Source of the DNA: Bacteroidota bacterium
GTDB lineage: Bacteria > Bacteroidota > Bacteroidia > B-17B0 > Aurantibacillaceae
Assembly: GCA_043769975.1 (NCBI GenBank)
Contig: JAYVIS010000044.1
Coordinates: forward strand, 1-52,441
DNA length: 52,441 nt
Direction: 5' to 3'
Part shown: one piece after another, positions 27,422 through 36,708 of the stretch
How positions within the stretch are numbered: the first letter of the stretch is position 1
Layout of the letters: each line of letters begins with the position of its first letter
The notes under the pieces: generated by a model
Told to the model about the DNA's origin: nothing
Seen by the model: only the letters and a program-made list of their open reading frames with translations
The model's database searches: none
Translations under genes and position numbers: made by a program

Positions 27422-29956
27422 CTATCTAAATAAATTAACACTTCCTTGTTTTTTAATTTCGGCTCCAACAACTCCCGAACATTTAATGACATAAAAATAG
27501 GTTCCTTCATCAGCAGGATTTCCATTAATCTTTCCATCCCAAGATAGTTTTATGTCTGTAGAACTAAACACTAATTTGCCCCATCTGTTATAAATTAAGC
27601 ATTCATAATTAACAATATTAGCTCCCTTGATCATGAAAAAGTCATTTGATTTATCGCCATTCGGAGTAAATACATTGGGAATAATAATAATTGCTTCTGC
27701 ATCAATTGCTTTAATGTATAATGAATCATATGCGCTACAACCAAATGAATTTGTTACAGTATAAGTAACCATATAAATCCCGCCATAACTAAATAATTGA
27801 GAACTAGGAATATGGCTAGTTGATGTGTTTCCATTACCAAAATTCCAATTAAACGATGTTCCTCCTGAACCAGCGTCAGTAAAGTTAACAGTCAAGGGCG
27901 CTAAACCAACTAATGAATCGGCTGATATATTAGCTGTTGGATTTGGGCTTGTTGATACCGTAAAAACTACAGTTGTAGTTGGAACACTGCAGCCATCTGA
28001 TACAATTGCAGTATATGATTGAACCCCAACAACTGTGTTAGGAACTGTAATCGAAGATGTACTTCCAGCTACTGGTAACCAAGTATAAGTTAATGATGGA
28101 GAAATTGTTCCAGTACAAATCAAATTTGCATTACTACCTAAACATAACGTTTGGGAACTTCCACTTATACTTAATGGAGCTAAAACATTTATAGTAATGG
28201 TATTAGTTGTTAAACAGCCATTTAAATCTTGTCCTATTACTGTATATTGAGTTGTTGACGAAGGTGTAACTATTTTTGGACCCGGTCCTGAAAGGGCTCC
28301 AGGGTTCCAAGTATATGAATAAGCTGGTGTTCCGCCTGTTAATGTGTTGGTAAGTGTAGCAGTAGTTCCATTACAAATTGTAGTCGTGTTTGAACCCAAA
28401 GCTAAAGTTAATTGACTTGGCTGAGTTACTGTTACTACGCTATTTGTGGTACAACCATTTAAATCTGTTACAATCAACGAATAGGTACCTGCAGCACAAC
28501 CATTAGCAATATTTGTTGTTGTGGTAATAACGGGCGACCATGCACAAACAAATGGAGGATTGCCACTTGTGATATTTGCAACTATTGTACCCGTATTCTG
28601 CCCAAAACATAAGACTGGTGAAACACTGAAAGAAGATATAACTGGACTTGGATTATTGTTTACTTGTACTGTATTTGTTATTGTACAACCTCCATTTGAT
28701 AAAGTAACAGTATATACTGTCCCAAAAGTTAAACCTGTGGCCACGGATGCTGTTGATACGCCAGAGCTCCAAGCATAAGTCATACCAACCGTTGAGGTTG
28801 TGACCGCAATAGTTGCGGATCCAGATCCTGATGGTAATCCACAGCCACCACCAGCAGTAGTGATAGAGGTTGTTATTCCTGGGGTAATCGTAATGGTATT
28901 CGAAAAAATGTTACTACAGGGCCCATTAAATGCCTGATGAGTAATTGTGTATGTTCCTGGAGTACTAAAGACGGGATTGAACGTGCCTAAAGTGGAAGTT
29001 GAAGGACTGACCCCAATACTAGGTGTAATAGACCAACTTTCAATTCCTGAGCCTAAAGAAATTAAATTTGCTGTTGCTCCCGCGCATAAAGTAGAAGGCG
29101 AGGTAAATAGTGCATTTGCATTTGCAACAAATACGGTTATCTGAGGGTCAAAAGGTGCGCAACAACATTTGACTTTCCGTATAGGGCTACAGGTATCCCA
29201 TCCAACCGTATAGGTGGTGGTTGATAATGGATTTACTAGAATAGTTGGCGTATTAACAGCAATGACTCCGAGTGGTCCCCACCAAACAATTGTATCACAA
29301 ACACTGCAACCAGGTATTAAAGTCTTTTTTTCACTACATCCCATTGGAGGAATAAAAGTTAGTAAGACTGGCGCTCCACATGATGGTGAACCTAAAGAAG
29401 TTGGCGGGCTTGAAGTAATGAGGCCAGGTGTGCAAGGAACGCTAACACCAGGAACTGTAAACGAATTAACTGGTCCAAATGGCCCAAAATATGACAATCC
29501 GCCTGATCCTGCTACAATTTCGCGACTACTAAAATAATAAACTTTGCCCGGACACAAGTCAGTAAATGGAATAAATGTACTAGTATATGGTTCTAAAATA
29601 CAGCCATCAGACCAGCCAAGAGCTGCAGTATAACCGGGGATATTTAATAATGAATTATACCATGGAAATGAATTAAAAGATGTTCCGGCACCAGTCCAAG
29701 TTTGTAAATATGATTTTAAACAAGCGTCTAATGGCGTATTAGAAAAAAGTGTTGGATTACATGTAACTTTTGTTTGAATCCAAAATGGGCCTGAACCGCA
29801 AGTAGATGGATCAGAAGACCCAGAAACTGTTACCCCTGTTGCACCAATAGTATAAGAATATCCAACTAAAGGCAAGCCATGAGATGCTTTTAACGACATT
29901 GTAGAGATTGAAATTAATGTAATAGTTAATAAAATGTAAGATTTAAAATTTTTCAT
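27422..29956 (-). CDS. Large cell-surface adhesin-like protein with T9SS type-B (gliding motility-associated, CHU_C) C-terminal domain
   Basis: Signal peptide MKNFKSYILLTITLISISTMSLKA. Thr/Ser/Gly-rich Ig-like repeats. PKD-like FNWNFGNGNTS. C-terminus IPNVFTPNGDKSNDFFMIKG...YNRWGKLVF...GTYFYVI. Start moved to ATG 29956. Confidence 0.8.
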   Translation of the reverse strand: MKNFKSYILLTITLISISTMSLKASHGLPLVGYSYTIGATGVTVSGSSDPSTCGSGPFWIQTKVTCNPTLFSNTPLDACLKSYLQTWTGAGTSFNSFPWYNSLLNIPGYTAALGWSDGCILEPYTSTFIPFTDLCPGKVYYFSSREIVAGSGGLSYFGPFGPVNSFTVPGVSVPCTPGLITSSPPTSLGSPSCGAPVLLTFIPPMGCSEKKTLIPGCSVCDTIVWWGPLGVIAVNTPTILVNPLSTTTYTVGWDTCSPIRKVKCCCAPFDPQITVFVANANALFTSPSTLCAGATANLISLGSGIESWSITPSIGVSPSTSTLGTFNPVFSTPGTYTITHQAFNGPCSNIFSNTITITPGITTSITTAGGGCGLPSGSGSATIAVTTSTVGMTYAWSSGVSTASVATGLTFGTVYTVTLSNGGCTITNTVQVNNNPSPVISSFSVSPVLCFGQNTGTIVANITSGNPPFVCAWSPVITTTTNIANGCAAGTYSLIVTDLNGCTTNSVVTVTQPSQLTLALGSNTTTICNGTTATLTNTLTGGTPAYSYTWNPGALSGPGPKIVTPSSTTQYTVIGQDLNGCLTTNTITINVLAPLSISGSSQTLCLGSNANLICTGTISPSLTYTWLPVAGSTSSITVPNTVVGVQSYTAIVSDGCSVPTTTVVFTVSTSPNPTANISADSLVGLAPLTVNFTDAGSGGTSFNWNFGNGNTSTSHIPSSQLFSYGGIYMVTYTVTNSFGCSAYDSLYIKAIDAEAIIIIPNVFTPNGDKSNDFFMIKGANIVNYECLIYNRWGKLVFSSTDIKLSWDGKINGNPADEGTYFYVIKCSGVVGAEIKKQGSVNLFR

Positions 29957-30001
29957 TAAAATATAGTTTAAATAAGATTTATTATGAAGCAAGATATATA
30001 A

Positions 30002-30050
30002 AGTAAAGATATCTTATAAATTCTTTAATAATTTATGAGATATCTTTACT
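30002..30050. repeat. 49-nt near-perfect palindrome (21 bp arms, 7 nt loop) in a divergent intergenic region
   Basis: agtaaagatatcttataaatt (30002-30022) pairs with aatttatgagatatctttact (30030-30050), with one T/G position (30015/30037). Confidence 0.85.
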
Positions 30051-30159
30051 CATTCAGAAAGGTTTTTTATTGATTTAAAAAATATGAAATATTGATATTT
30101 AATGGATAATTGTGCATATTTCTTAATATTTACTTAACGTTGTAGTTCGGTTTTAGATA

Positions 30160-30167
30160 TACATTTG
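30160..30167 (+). promoter_or_regulatory. -7 promoter box TACATTTG for the orphan response regulator
   Basis: Perfect TAnnTTTG, 18 nt upstream of ATG 30186. A TTG at 30140 sits 17 nt upstream as a possible -33 element. The box TTG is the track's start at 30165. Confidence 0.6.
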
Positions 30168-30185
30168 GACAATATATTTTTTAAT

Positions 30186-30875
30186 ATGACAACTCAAAAT
30201 AATGCATTTAAAATATTGTTGGTAGATGATGAACAAGATATTTTAGATTTTTTAAGCTACAATTTAAATAAAGAAGGTTACCAAGTATTTACTGCATTAA
30301 ACGGAAGAGACGCAGTAAATATAGCAAAGAAAGAAGTTCCCCATTTAATTGTATTAGACGTAATGATGCCTGATATGGACGGCATAGACACATGCAGAGA
30401 GATACGTTCAATGCCGAGCCTTAAAGATGTTATGATTACATTTTTGAGTGCGAGAAACGAAGATTATTCTCAAATTGCTGGATTTGAAGTTGGAGCAGAC
30501 GATTATATCACAAAGCCTATTAAGCCTAGAGTATTTACTAGTCGTATTAAAGCATTGCTTAGAAGATTTGTTCCTAATCAAACAAAAGATGAACAAGTAA
30601 ATTTAGGAGATATTAGAATTGATAAAGAAAAGTACGCTGTTTATAAGGGTGATGTAGAAATTACATTTCCAAAAAAAGAGTTCAAGCTTCTGGTTTTGCT
30701 TTCTAGTAAGCCAGGAAAAGTGTTTACACGCGAATATATTTTAGAACAAGTTTGGGGTGATGAAGTGGTTGTGGGAGATAGAACAATTGATGTTCATATC
30801 AGAAAACTTCGTGAAAAATTAGGAGACAATTATATCAAAACCATAAAAGGGATTGGGTATAAATTTGAGTTCTAA
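30186..30875 (+). CDS. OmpR/PhoB-family response regulator (no cognate kinase adjacent)
   Basis: FKILLVDDEQD..LDVMMPDMDG receiver motifs. Winged helix ends IKGIGYKFEF. Start moved to ATG 30186 (MTTQNNAF). Confidence 0.88.
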   Translation: MTTQNNAFKILLVDDEQDILDFLSYNLNKEGYQVFTALNGRDAVNIAKKEVPHLIVLDVMMPDMDGIDTCREIRSMPSLKDVMITFLSARNEDYSQIAGFEVGADDYITKPIKPRVFTSRIKALLRRFVPNQTKDEQVNLGDIRIDKEKYAVYKGDVEITFPKKEFKLLVLLSSKPGKVFTREYILEQVWGDEVVVGDRTIDVHIRKLREKLGDNYIKTIKGIGYKFEF

Positions 30876-30884
30876 ATAACAGTT

Positions 30885-31787
30885 TTAGTCAACGGAAATA
30901 TAGTCTTTACTAAAATAAACACCTCTCGCTTCTTTTTCAAGTTGTAAAACGATATCATTTGCTAAACTACTTGCGCCAAATCTAAACCATTTATTGTCTA
31001 ACCAAGCATTGCCAAGTGTTTCGTGAAGCATCACCAAATATTGAATAGCTCCTTTTGCAGTGCTAATTCCACCGGCAGGTTTCATACCAACCATAATTCC
31101 AGTTTTGTAATAATAATCTTTGATAGCATCCAACATTACTAATGTTACAGGCATAGTTGCAGCCACACCTATTTTCCCTGTTGAGGTTTTAATAAAATCA
31201 GCACCTGCATATATAGCAATATCACTCGCCTTCCGAACATTATCGAGAGTTGAAATCTCTCCAGTTTCAAAAATAACTTTTAATCGAGCATTGTGCTTTT
31301 TACAAGCTTCTTTTATTATTGCAATTTCATCAAATACAAAATTGTAATTGCCTTTTAAAAATTCCCCACGACTGATCACCATGTCTATTTCGTCAGCACC
31401 ATTGTCTAATGCTAATTGAGTATCTAACAATTTAATTTGTAAAGTAGAGTTTCCACTTGGAAAAGCAGTTGATACAGAGGCAACTTTTACAGAACTTCCT
31501 TTTAATGCTTCTTTTGCAGTTTTTACAAATGTTGGATATACACAAACGGCAGCTGTAGTTGGCAGATCTGGTAATGCATCATGCGGATGCATTGCTTTAT
31601 AGCACATTTGTTTAACTTTCCCGTCAGTATCTTTTCCTTCGAGTGTTGTTAAATCAATCATATTCAAAGCTAATTTTAAAGCCTGGACTTTACTCTCTTT
31701 TTTAACGCTCCTTGTATTAAATCGCGCTACTCTCTCTTCTATTCCTACTTGGTCAATAGCAGGGCTATTCTTAAAATCATTTACCAT
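30885..31787 (-). CDS. deoC: Deoxyribose-phosphate aldolase (long form)
   Basis: 300 aa. DMVI..., Schiff-base lysine context ADFIKTSTGK, and KPAGGI. Confidence 0.85.
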   Translation of the reverse strand: MVNDFKNSPAIDQVGIEERVARFNTRSVKKESKVQALKLALNMIDLTTLEGKDTDGKVKQMCYKAMHPHDALPDLPTTAAVCVYPTFVKTAKEALKGSSVKVASVSTAFPSGNSTLQIKLLDTQLALDNGADEIDMVISRGEFLKGNYNFVFDEIAIIKEACKKHNARLKVIFETGEISTLDNVRKASDIAIYAGADFIKTSTGKIGVAATMPVTLVMLDAIKDYYYKTGIMVGMKPAGGISTAKGAIQYLVMLHETLGNAWLDNKWFRFGASSLANDIVLQLEKEARGVYFSKDYISVD

Positions 31788-31846
31788 AATCTTTATACAA
31801 AAACTTATTTAGGTCTTGTTAATAATACCTAAAACAGTTAATTCAC

Positions 31847-31854
31847 TCAAATAT
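31847..31854 (-). promoter_or_regulatory. -7 promoter box TATATTTG for deoC
   Basis: Plus-strand caaatata, 60 nt upstream of the deoC ATG on the minus strand. Confidence 0.45.
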
Positions 31855-31896
31855 AAAAATAAATTGTTGTATTTTTAAATTCTAATAATAAGTATT

Positions 31897-32499
31897 TTGA
31901 ATAGCAAGAATTCCGTTTTTTCAAATCAAATCGAATTGGTTAGTTCCTCAGACAAAGAAAATAGATTGTCGCACAAGGGATTAGTTATCTGGATGACTGG
32001 TTATTCTGGATCTGGAAAAACTACACTAGCCTACCACTTAGAAAAAAAACTATTCGAAGAAGGAATATTGACTAAAGTTTTAGATGGAGATGTTTTAAGA
32101 TTAGGTATAAACAAAGACCTAGGTTTTAGCATGGAAGATCGTACTGAAAATATACGTCGAACTGCGGAATTAGCTAAACAATTAGCAAGTTGCGGTGTTG
32201 TAGTTATTTGCAGTTTAATAACACCAACAAATGATTTGAGAACATTAGCCGAAGAAATTATTGGAGAACAACATTTTATTTTATACCACATAGCAACTCC
32301 TATTGATGTTTGCGAACGACGTGATGTAAAAGGTCATTATGCAAAAGCCAGAAGTGGTGAAATAAAAAATTTTACTGGCATATCTAATCCTTTCGAAATG
32401 CCTACTAATGCAGTTTTTAGCATAGATACCAGCACACTTACAATTAGTAATAGTGTTTCCATTTTATTTGATGACATTTTCCCATTAATAACAATTTGA
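31897..32499 (+). CDS. cysC: Adenylyl-sulfate (APS) kinase
   Basis: GLVIWMTGYSGSGKTTLA P-loop, LDGDVLR, and a length typical of CysC. The start is a TTG and uncertain (alternative TTG at 31936). Confidence 0.85.
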   Translation: MNSKNSVFSNQIELVSSSDKENRLSHKGLVIWMTGYSGSGKTTLAYHLEKKLFEEGILTKVLDGDVLRLGINKDLGFSMEDRTENIRRTAELAKQLASCGVVVICSLITPTNDLRTLAEEIIGEQHFILYHIATPIDVCERRDVKGHYAKARSGEIKNFTGISNPFEMPTNAVFSIDTSTLTISNSVSILFDDIFPLITI

Positions 32500-33737
32500 T
32501 GTTTGCATTCTGTGATAAGATAATTCAAAAGAATAAATTTGTTCCAAATAAAAAATTGTTTGGCAATTATACATTTTCATGTTTTGATGAGATTATAAAT
32601 ATTCCAATTAATGAATGGAATGAAGCAATTAAAGAAAATAACACATTTTTGTCTTTCGATTATTTAAGCATTATTCATCAACAAAAATCAGATATTTTTA
32701 GGTTTAGATACGTAATAGTGTATAATCGAAAAAAACCAATTGGAGTTGTGTATTTTCAAATAAATGATTTTTCTGCTTCATTATTTGGCGAAAGAATATC
32801 CCGTCAGATAACAGATTTACAGAGTAGTCGTGCTTCAATTTTCAGAAAATATATTGAACAAAACGAAAACGAAACCATTATGCGGTTAGTAACTTGCGGA
32901 AATAATTTTATTAGTGGTGAGCATGGCTTTTATCTGGATGTGAATAGCAAAAAAACTACTTTTAAAATTGTTGAAGGAGTTATAGATTGTATTGCTCGTG
33001 CCGAGAAGCTTAGAGGAAAAATATCCGCAATCCTCGTAAAAGATTTTTATGAAGAAGGGTTTGGCGATAAAGATTGTTGGTATTGTACAAAATTTAAGCA
33101 TTTTAATGTTGAGCCAAATATGATTATTGATTTGCCAAAAGAGGTTTTAAGTCTTGGCGATTATTTAAATTCTTTTTCTAAAAAATACCGAAACCGCGCT
33201 AAAGGAATTTTAAAGGCCAGCGAATCATTACAAAGAAAGCGACTTACTGTTGAGGAAATCATAAAATACAATGATGAATTGTACAAGTTATATCTTCAAG
33301 TATTTGAGCAAGCTAAATTTAAATTAGCACACTTATCTCCTAATTATTTTATTGATGTTGTTAAAACACAACCAGAATTGTTTTATATAGATGCGTGGTT
33401 CTTAAATAATAAAATTGTTTCTTTTGCGAGTGGTTATTACCTGCCAAATGAAATTGAAGCACACTATGTAGGGTTTGATTATGCTATTAATAAAGATTAT
33501 GAGTTGTATCAAACAATTTTATATAGCTACATTGAAGAGGGAATTCTTAAAAAGAAATCAAAAATTAATTTAGGTAGAACTGCTTCTGAAATCAAAACAA
33601 CAGTTGGTGCAAAACCACATGAGTTACTTTGTTATATAAAACCACAAAACGCTGTTTCTAAATTAATTTTAAAACCATTTATGCAATTTTTACAACCAAC
33701 TGAATGGATACCTCGAAACCCATTTAAAGAAGAATAA
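32499..33737 (+). CDS. FemAB-like / GNAT-fold acyltransferase-family protein of unknown function
   Basis: ~412 aa. The C-terminal half (SFSKKYRNRAKGILKA...YVGFDYAINKDYELYQTILY...) resembles the DUF482/FemAB-like family (from memory). The ATG at 32499 overlaps the cysC stop (TGATG). Confidence 0.5.
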   Translation: MFAFCDKIIQKNKFVPNKKLFGNYTFSCFDEIINIPINEWNEAIKENNTFLSFDYLSIIHQQKSDIFRFRYVIVYNRKKPIGVVYFQINDFSASLFGERISRQITDLQSSRASIFRKYIEQNENETIMRLVTCGNNFISGEHGFYLDVNSKKTTFKIVEGVIDCIARAEKLRGKISAILVKDFYEEGFGDKDCWYCTKFKHFNVEPNMIIDLPKEVLSLGDYLNSFSKKYRNRAKGILKASESLQRKRLTVEEIIKYNDELYKLYLQVFEQAKFKLAHLSPNYFIDVVKTQPELFYIDAWFLNNKIVSFASGYYLPNEIEAHYVGFDYAINKDYELYQTILYSYIEEGILKKKSKINLGRTASEIKTTVGAKPHELLCYIKPQNAVSKLILKPFMQFLQPTEWIPRNPFKEE

Positions 33738-33749
33738 AGGATAGTAATA

Positions 33750-33780
33750 AAAAAAGCGAAACATTTGTTTCGCTTTTTTT
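33750..33780. terminator. Bidirectional rho-independent terminator
   Basis: A run, then stem agcgaaac (33755-33762), loop attt, stem gtttcgct (33767-33774), then T7. Lies between convergent genes. Confidence 0.8.
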
Positions 33781-33805
33781 ATTACGTTGAGGTAACTGTT
33801 TAATA

Positions 33806-34435
33806 CTAGTGTTTAGTTAAATAGTCAGCTACACCTTTGTGGTCAGCTTGCATTCCTTCTTTCCCTTTAACCCAGTTTGCAGGACAAACTTCTCCATTTT
33901 CTTCTGTAAATTGTAAAGCATCTAATACTCTGATTGCCTCATCAACATTACGACCTAATGGTAAGTCGTTTATTAATTGATGACGAACAACTCCAGCTTT
34001 ATCAATTAAAAATAAACCACGGAAAGCAATCATTGGACCGGTTGCAATTAAATTATCGTTATCGTCAACATCATAATCTCCAAATAAAGTATCAAAGTTC
34101 AATGAAATTATTTTTGTAGTATCAGCTACTAAAGGATAGGTAATCCCTTTAATTCCGCCTGCTTTTTTTTCTACTTGTAACCAACCCCAATGACTTTGTT
34201 CTGTATCGGTACTGCAACCTACTATTGCACATCCACGACTTTCAAATTCTGCTAATTTTTCTTGAAAAGCATGTAATTCTGTTGGGCAAACAAATGTAAA
34301 ATCTTTTGGGTAAAAGAAAAATATTACATGTTTTTTGCCAATGTATTGATCTAAAGAAAAATTTTCTACAATTTCTCCGCCGTTAAGAACTGCTGCTGCA
34401 GTAAATGATGGTGCTTTTTTTCCTACTAATGCCAT
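33806..34435 (-). CDS. Typical 2-Cys peroxiredoxin (AhpC/Tsa family)
   Basis: Peroxidatic Cys in DFTFVCPTE and resolving Cys in GEVCPANW. 209 aa. Confidence 0.9.
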   Translation of the reverse strand: MALVGKKAPSFTAAAVLNGGEIVENFSLDQYIGKKHVIFFFYPKDFTFVCPTELHAFQEKLAEFESRGCAIVGCSTDTEQSHWGWLQVEKKAGGIKGITYPLVADTTKIISLNFDTLFGDYDVDDNDNLIATGPMIAFRGLFLIDKAGVVRHQLINDLPLGRNVDEAIRVLDALQFTEENGEVCPANWVKGKEGMQADHKGVADYLTKH

Positions 34436-34469
34436 ATTATTGTTTTTTTAAGATTTATAAATTTTTTTA

Positions 34470-34477
34470 CAAAATTA
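34470..34477 (-). promoter_or_regulatory. -7 promoter box TAATTTTG for the 2-Cys peroxiredoxin gene
   Basis: Plus-strand caaaatta, 34 nt upstream of the ATG at 34435 on the minus strand. Confidence 0.5.
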
Positions 34478-34560
34478 TCATTTACTTTGTTTAAACCATT
34501 TAAAATCTAAATTGTTTAACAAATAATTAATAACAAACTCACCTTATAATTTAAATTAAT

Positions 34561-35028
34561 ATGCCATTAACTCTTGGAAAACCTGCCCCAAATTTTACAT
34601 TATTTAATACTGAAAAAAAAGAAATTTCATTAACTGACTATAAAGGAAAAAATGTCGTTATTTTGTTTTTCCCTTTAGCTTTTACAGGCGTTTGTACTGC
34701 CGAACTTTGCAATATCAGAGATAATTACAATATTTACACTTCCTTAAATACCGAAGTTATTGGCATATCTATCGACTCATTATTTGTTCTAGATAAATTC
34801 AAGAAATCAGAAAATTATAACTTCGATTTGTTATCTGATTTTAACAAAACGGCTTCTAAAGATTATCATACATTGTATGACACGTTTGCATTCGGAATGA
34901 TTGGAGTATCAAAACGATCTGCATTTGTAATCGATAAAAATGGAATTTTACAATACGCCGAAGTTTTAGAAGATGCTGGCAAACAACCTAATTTTGATGC
35001 TATTAAAGCTTGCTTAGAAAAACTTTAA
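34561..35028 (+). CDS. Peroxiredoxin, Bcp/AhpE-like redoxin
   Basis: 155 aa. AFTGVCTAE peroxidatic cysteine context. Confidence 0.8.
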   Translation: MPLTLGKPAPNFTLFNTEKKEISLTDYKGKNVVILFFPLAFTGVCTAELCNIRDNYNIYTSLNTEVIGISIDSLFVLDKFKKSENYNFDLLSDFNKTASKDYHTLYDTFAFGMIGVSKRSAFVIDKNGILQYAEVLEDAGKQPNFDAIKACLEKL

Positions 35029-35031
35029 GCT

Positions 35032-35625
35032 GTGCTTAAAAGTTATTTTGATAAAAATTTAATTGAAGCCGGATGCGATGAAGCTGGCAGAGGTTGCTTA
35101 GCTGGGCCAGTTTATGCTGGCTCGGTTATTTTGCCTAAAAATTATAAAAATAAATGGTTAGATGATAGTAAAAAACTATCTGATAAAGACCGCTATGAAC
35201 TTAGGCCAGAAATTGAAAATAATGCAATTGCATGGGCAATAGGAGTTGTTGACAATATCGAAATAGATGAAATTAATATTTTAAAAGCTTCTTTTTTAGC
35301 AATGCATCGCGCAATTGAAAAGCTCAAACAAAAGCCAGAATTGCTTTTAATAGATGGAAATAGATTTACGCCCTATAAAAAAACACCACACCAATGCATC
35401 GTAAAAGGTGATAGTAAATATTTAAGCATTGCTGCTGCAAGTATTTTAGCAAAAACCTATCGTGATGATTTTATGAAAGAGCAAGCACTTATTTATCCGC
35501 ATTACAGTTGGGAACATAATATGGCTTATCCTACAAAAAAACACCGTGAGGCAATTAGGCAATTTGGCACTACACCATTGCATCGTATGACATTTCAATT
35601 GTTACCAAAACAAATAGAGGATTAG
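35032..35625 (+). CDS. rnhB: Ribonuclease HII
   Basis: [14 protein letters not shown] and [10 protein letters not shown] motifs. GTG start 3 nt after the upstream stop. Confidence 0.9.
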   Translation: MLKSYFDKNLIEAGCDEAGRGCLAGPVYAGSVILPKNYKNKWLDDSKKLSDKDRYELRPEIENNAIAWAIGVVDNIEIDEINILKASFLAMHRAIEKLKQKPELLLIDGNRFTPYKKTPHQCIVKGDSKYLSIAAASILAKTYRDDFMKEQALIYPHYSWEHNMAYPTKKHREAIRQFGTTPLHRMTFQLLPKQIED

Positions 35626-35659
35626 GAATAAATAGAAAGAATAAGCTAGAAAGATTTTT

Positions 35660-36070
35660 TTAATCCTTCATCCACATAAACACATTTCCATTATCTCGAT
35701 AGTGTTCAAAGTCTTTAGTAAAAGTGATTGCAAAAAAATCTATTAGAGGTAGTAGCCCAAAAATACCACCAAGAGTTCCTATATAAACAACTGGCACATG
35801 AGGACTCGTGCCTAAATATATTCTGTGTAAACCGACAATACCAAAAGGAAAAGGAAATGCTAAAGCGGCCGCAGTTATTTGTTTATTTAATCTTTGTTTT
35901 TTTTTGAATAATTTAAATACAGGATTAGGCTTGCTGTCATTAAGTGTGATGCACTCGGTTGAAATTACATTTTGGGCACTATCTAAATAATAAATAGTTG
36001 TAGTAATCTGTTTTGCTGAAAGATTAAAGCAAAACAAAAAAAATGTACCTATCAAAAAGTATCGTAACAA
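35660..36070 (-). CDS. TM2 domain-containing membrane protein
   Basis: Signal-like N-terminus, then FPFPFGIVGLHRIYLG...GLLPLIDFF, the two-helix TM2 pattern. Confidence 0.7.
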   Translation of the reverse strand: MLRYFLIGTFFLFCFNLSAKQITTTIYYLDSAQNVISTECITLNDSKPNPVFKLFKKKQRLNKQITAAALAFPFPFGIVGLHRIYLGTSPHVPVVYIGTLGGIFGLLPLIDFFAITFTKDFEHYRDNGNVFMWMKD

Positions 36071-36072
36071 AT

Positions 36073-36708
36073 TTATTCTGTTTTTAAAAGTTTAATATCA
36101 GCAATTAATTTTGCAACTGCTACACTGTCTGTCCCGTCATAAAACCCACGAATCCTTTTTTTTGCATCAACTAAAACAAAAAGTTCGCTGTGTAAAAAAC
36201 CTTCAGCAGAACCATCATCTTCCAGTGCATTTACTAAATAACTATATCGAGCCATGTCGTAAATTTCCTTTTTATTACCAGTTAGTAAATGCCATTTATT
36301 TTTAACTGCACCAAATCGCTCCGCATATTTTTGTAAAACTTCAACGGTATCATGCATCGGATTTACAGTGTGTGATAATATTAAAAGACTATCATCTTTT
36401 GCAAATGCATTTTGTATGGTTACTAATTGCGTGCTCATTTTCGGACAAATACTTTCGCAGGTAGCAAAAAAGAAATCAGCCACATAAATTTTTCCTTTTA
36501 TAGTTTCTTCCGTTATCTTTTCACCATATTGATTAGTAAATAAAAAGGGTTTAACCGTATGAAATAGTGTGTCACGAATTTCGCTACCAACAGGCTTTTT
36601 TTCGCCGTAAACAGGCAATAATTTCACTTCGTTAGTTACATTTCCACGACATGAAATTAAAAAACTAATTACTGAAACGATGAATATTAAATTTAGTTTT
36701 TTGATCAT
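36073..36708 (-). CDS. SCO1/SenC-family thioredoxin-fold copper chaperone (lipoprotein)
   Basis: Lipobox LISC. CxxxCP motif FFFATCESICPKM. HTVNP region. Confidence 0.85.
   Translation of the reverse strand: MIKKLNLIFIVSVISFLISCRGNVTNEVKLLPVYGEKKPVGSEIRDTLFHTVKPFLFTNQYGEKITEETIKGKIYVADFFFATCESICPKMSTQLVTIQNAFAKDDSLLILSHTVNPMHDTVEVLQKYAERFGAVKNKWHLLTGNKKEIYDMARYSYLVNALEDDGSAEGFLHSELFVLVDAKKRIRGFYDGTDSVAVAKLIADIKLLKTE

Noticed and set aside
27825-29537. Four plus-strand ORFs antisense to the T9SS type-B adhesin gene
   Set aside because: The locally GC-rich, stop-poor composition of the Thr/Gly/Pro-rich gene keeps antisense frames open. The minus-strand product has a signal peptide, a PKD-like motif and a clear T9SS C-terminal domain.
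30002-30050. Interpreting the 49-nt palindrome as a transcription terminator
   Set aside because: Both flanking genes are transcribed away from it, and no U-run follows directly on either strand. It is kept as a regulatory or structural candidate instead.
31888-31899. TATTTTG upstream of or overlapping the cysC TTG start, as another case of a promoter-box TTG mis-called as a start
   Set aside because: The match to TAnnTTTG is one base short. The longer N-terminus (28 residues before the P-loop) fits the usual APS kinase length better than the alternative TTG at 31936. Left as an uncertain start rather than re-called.
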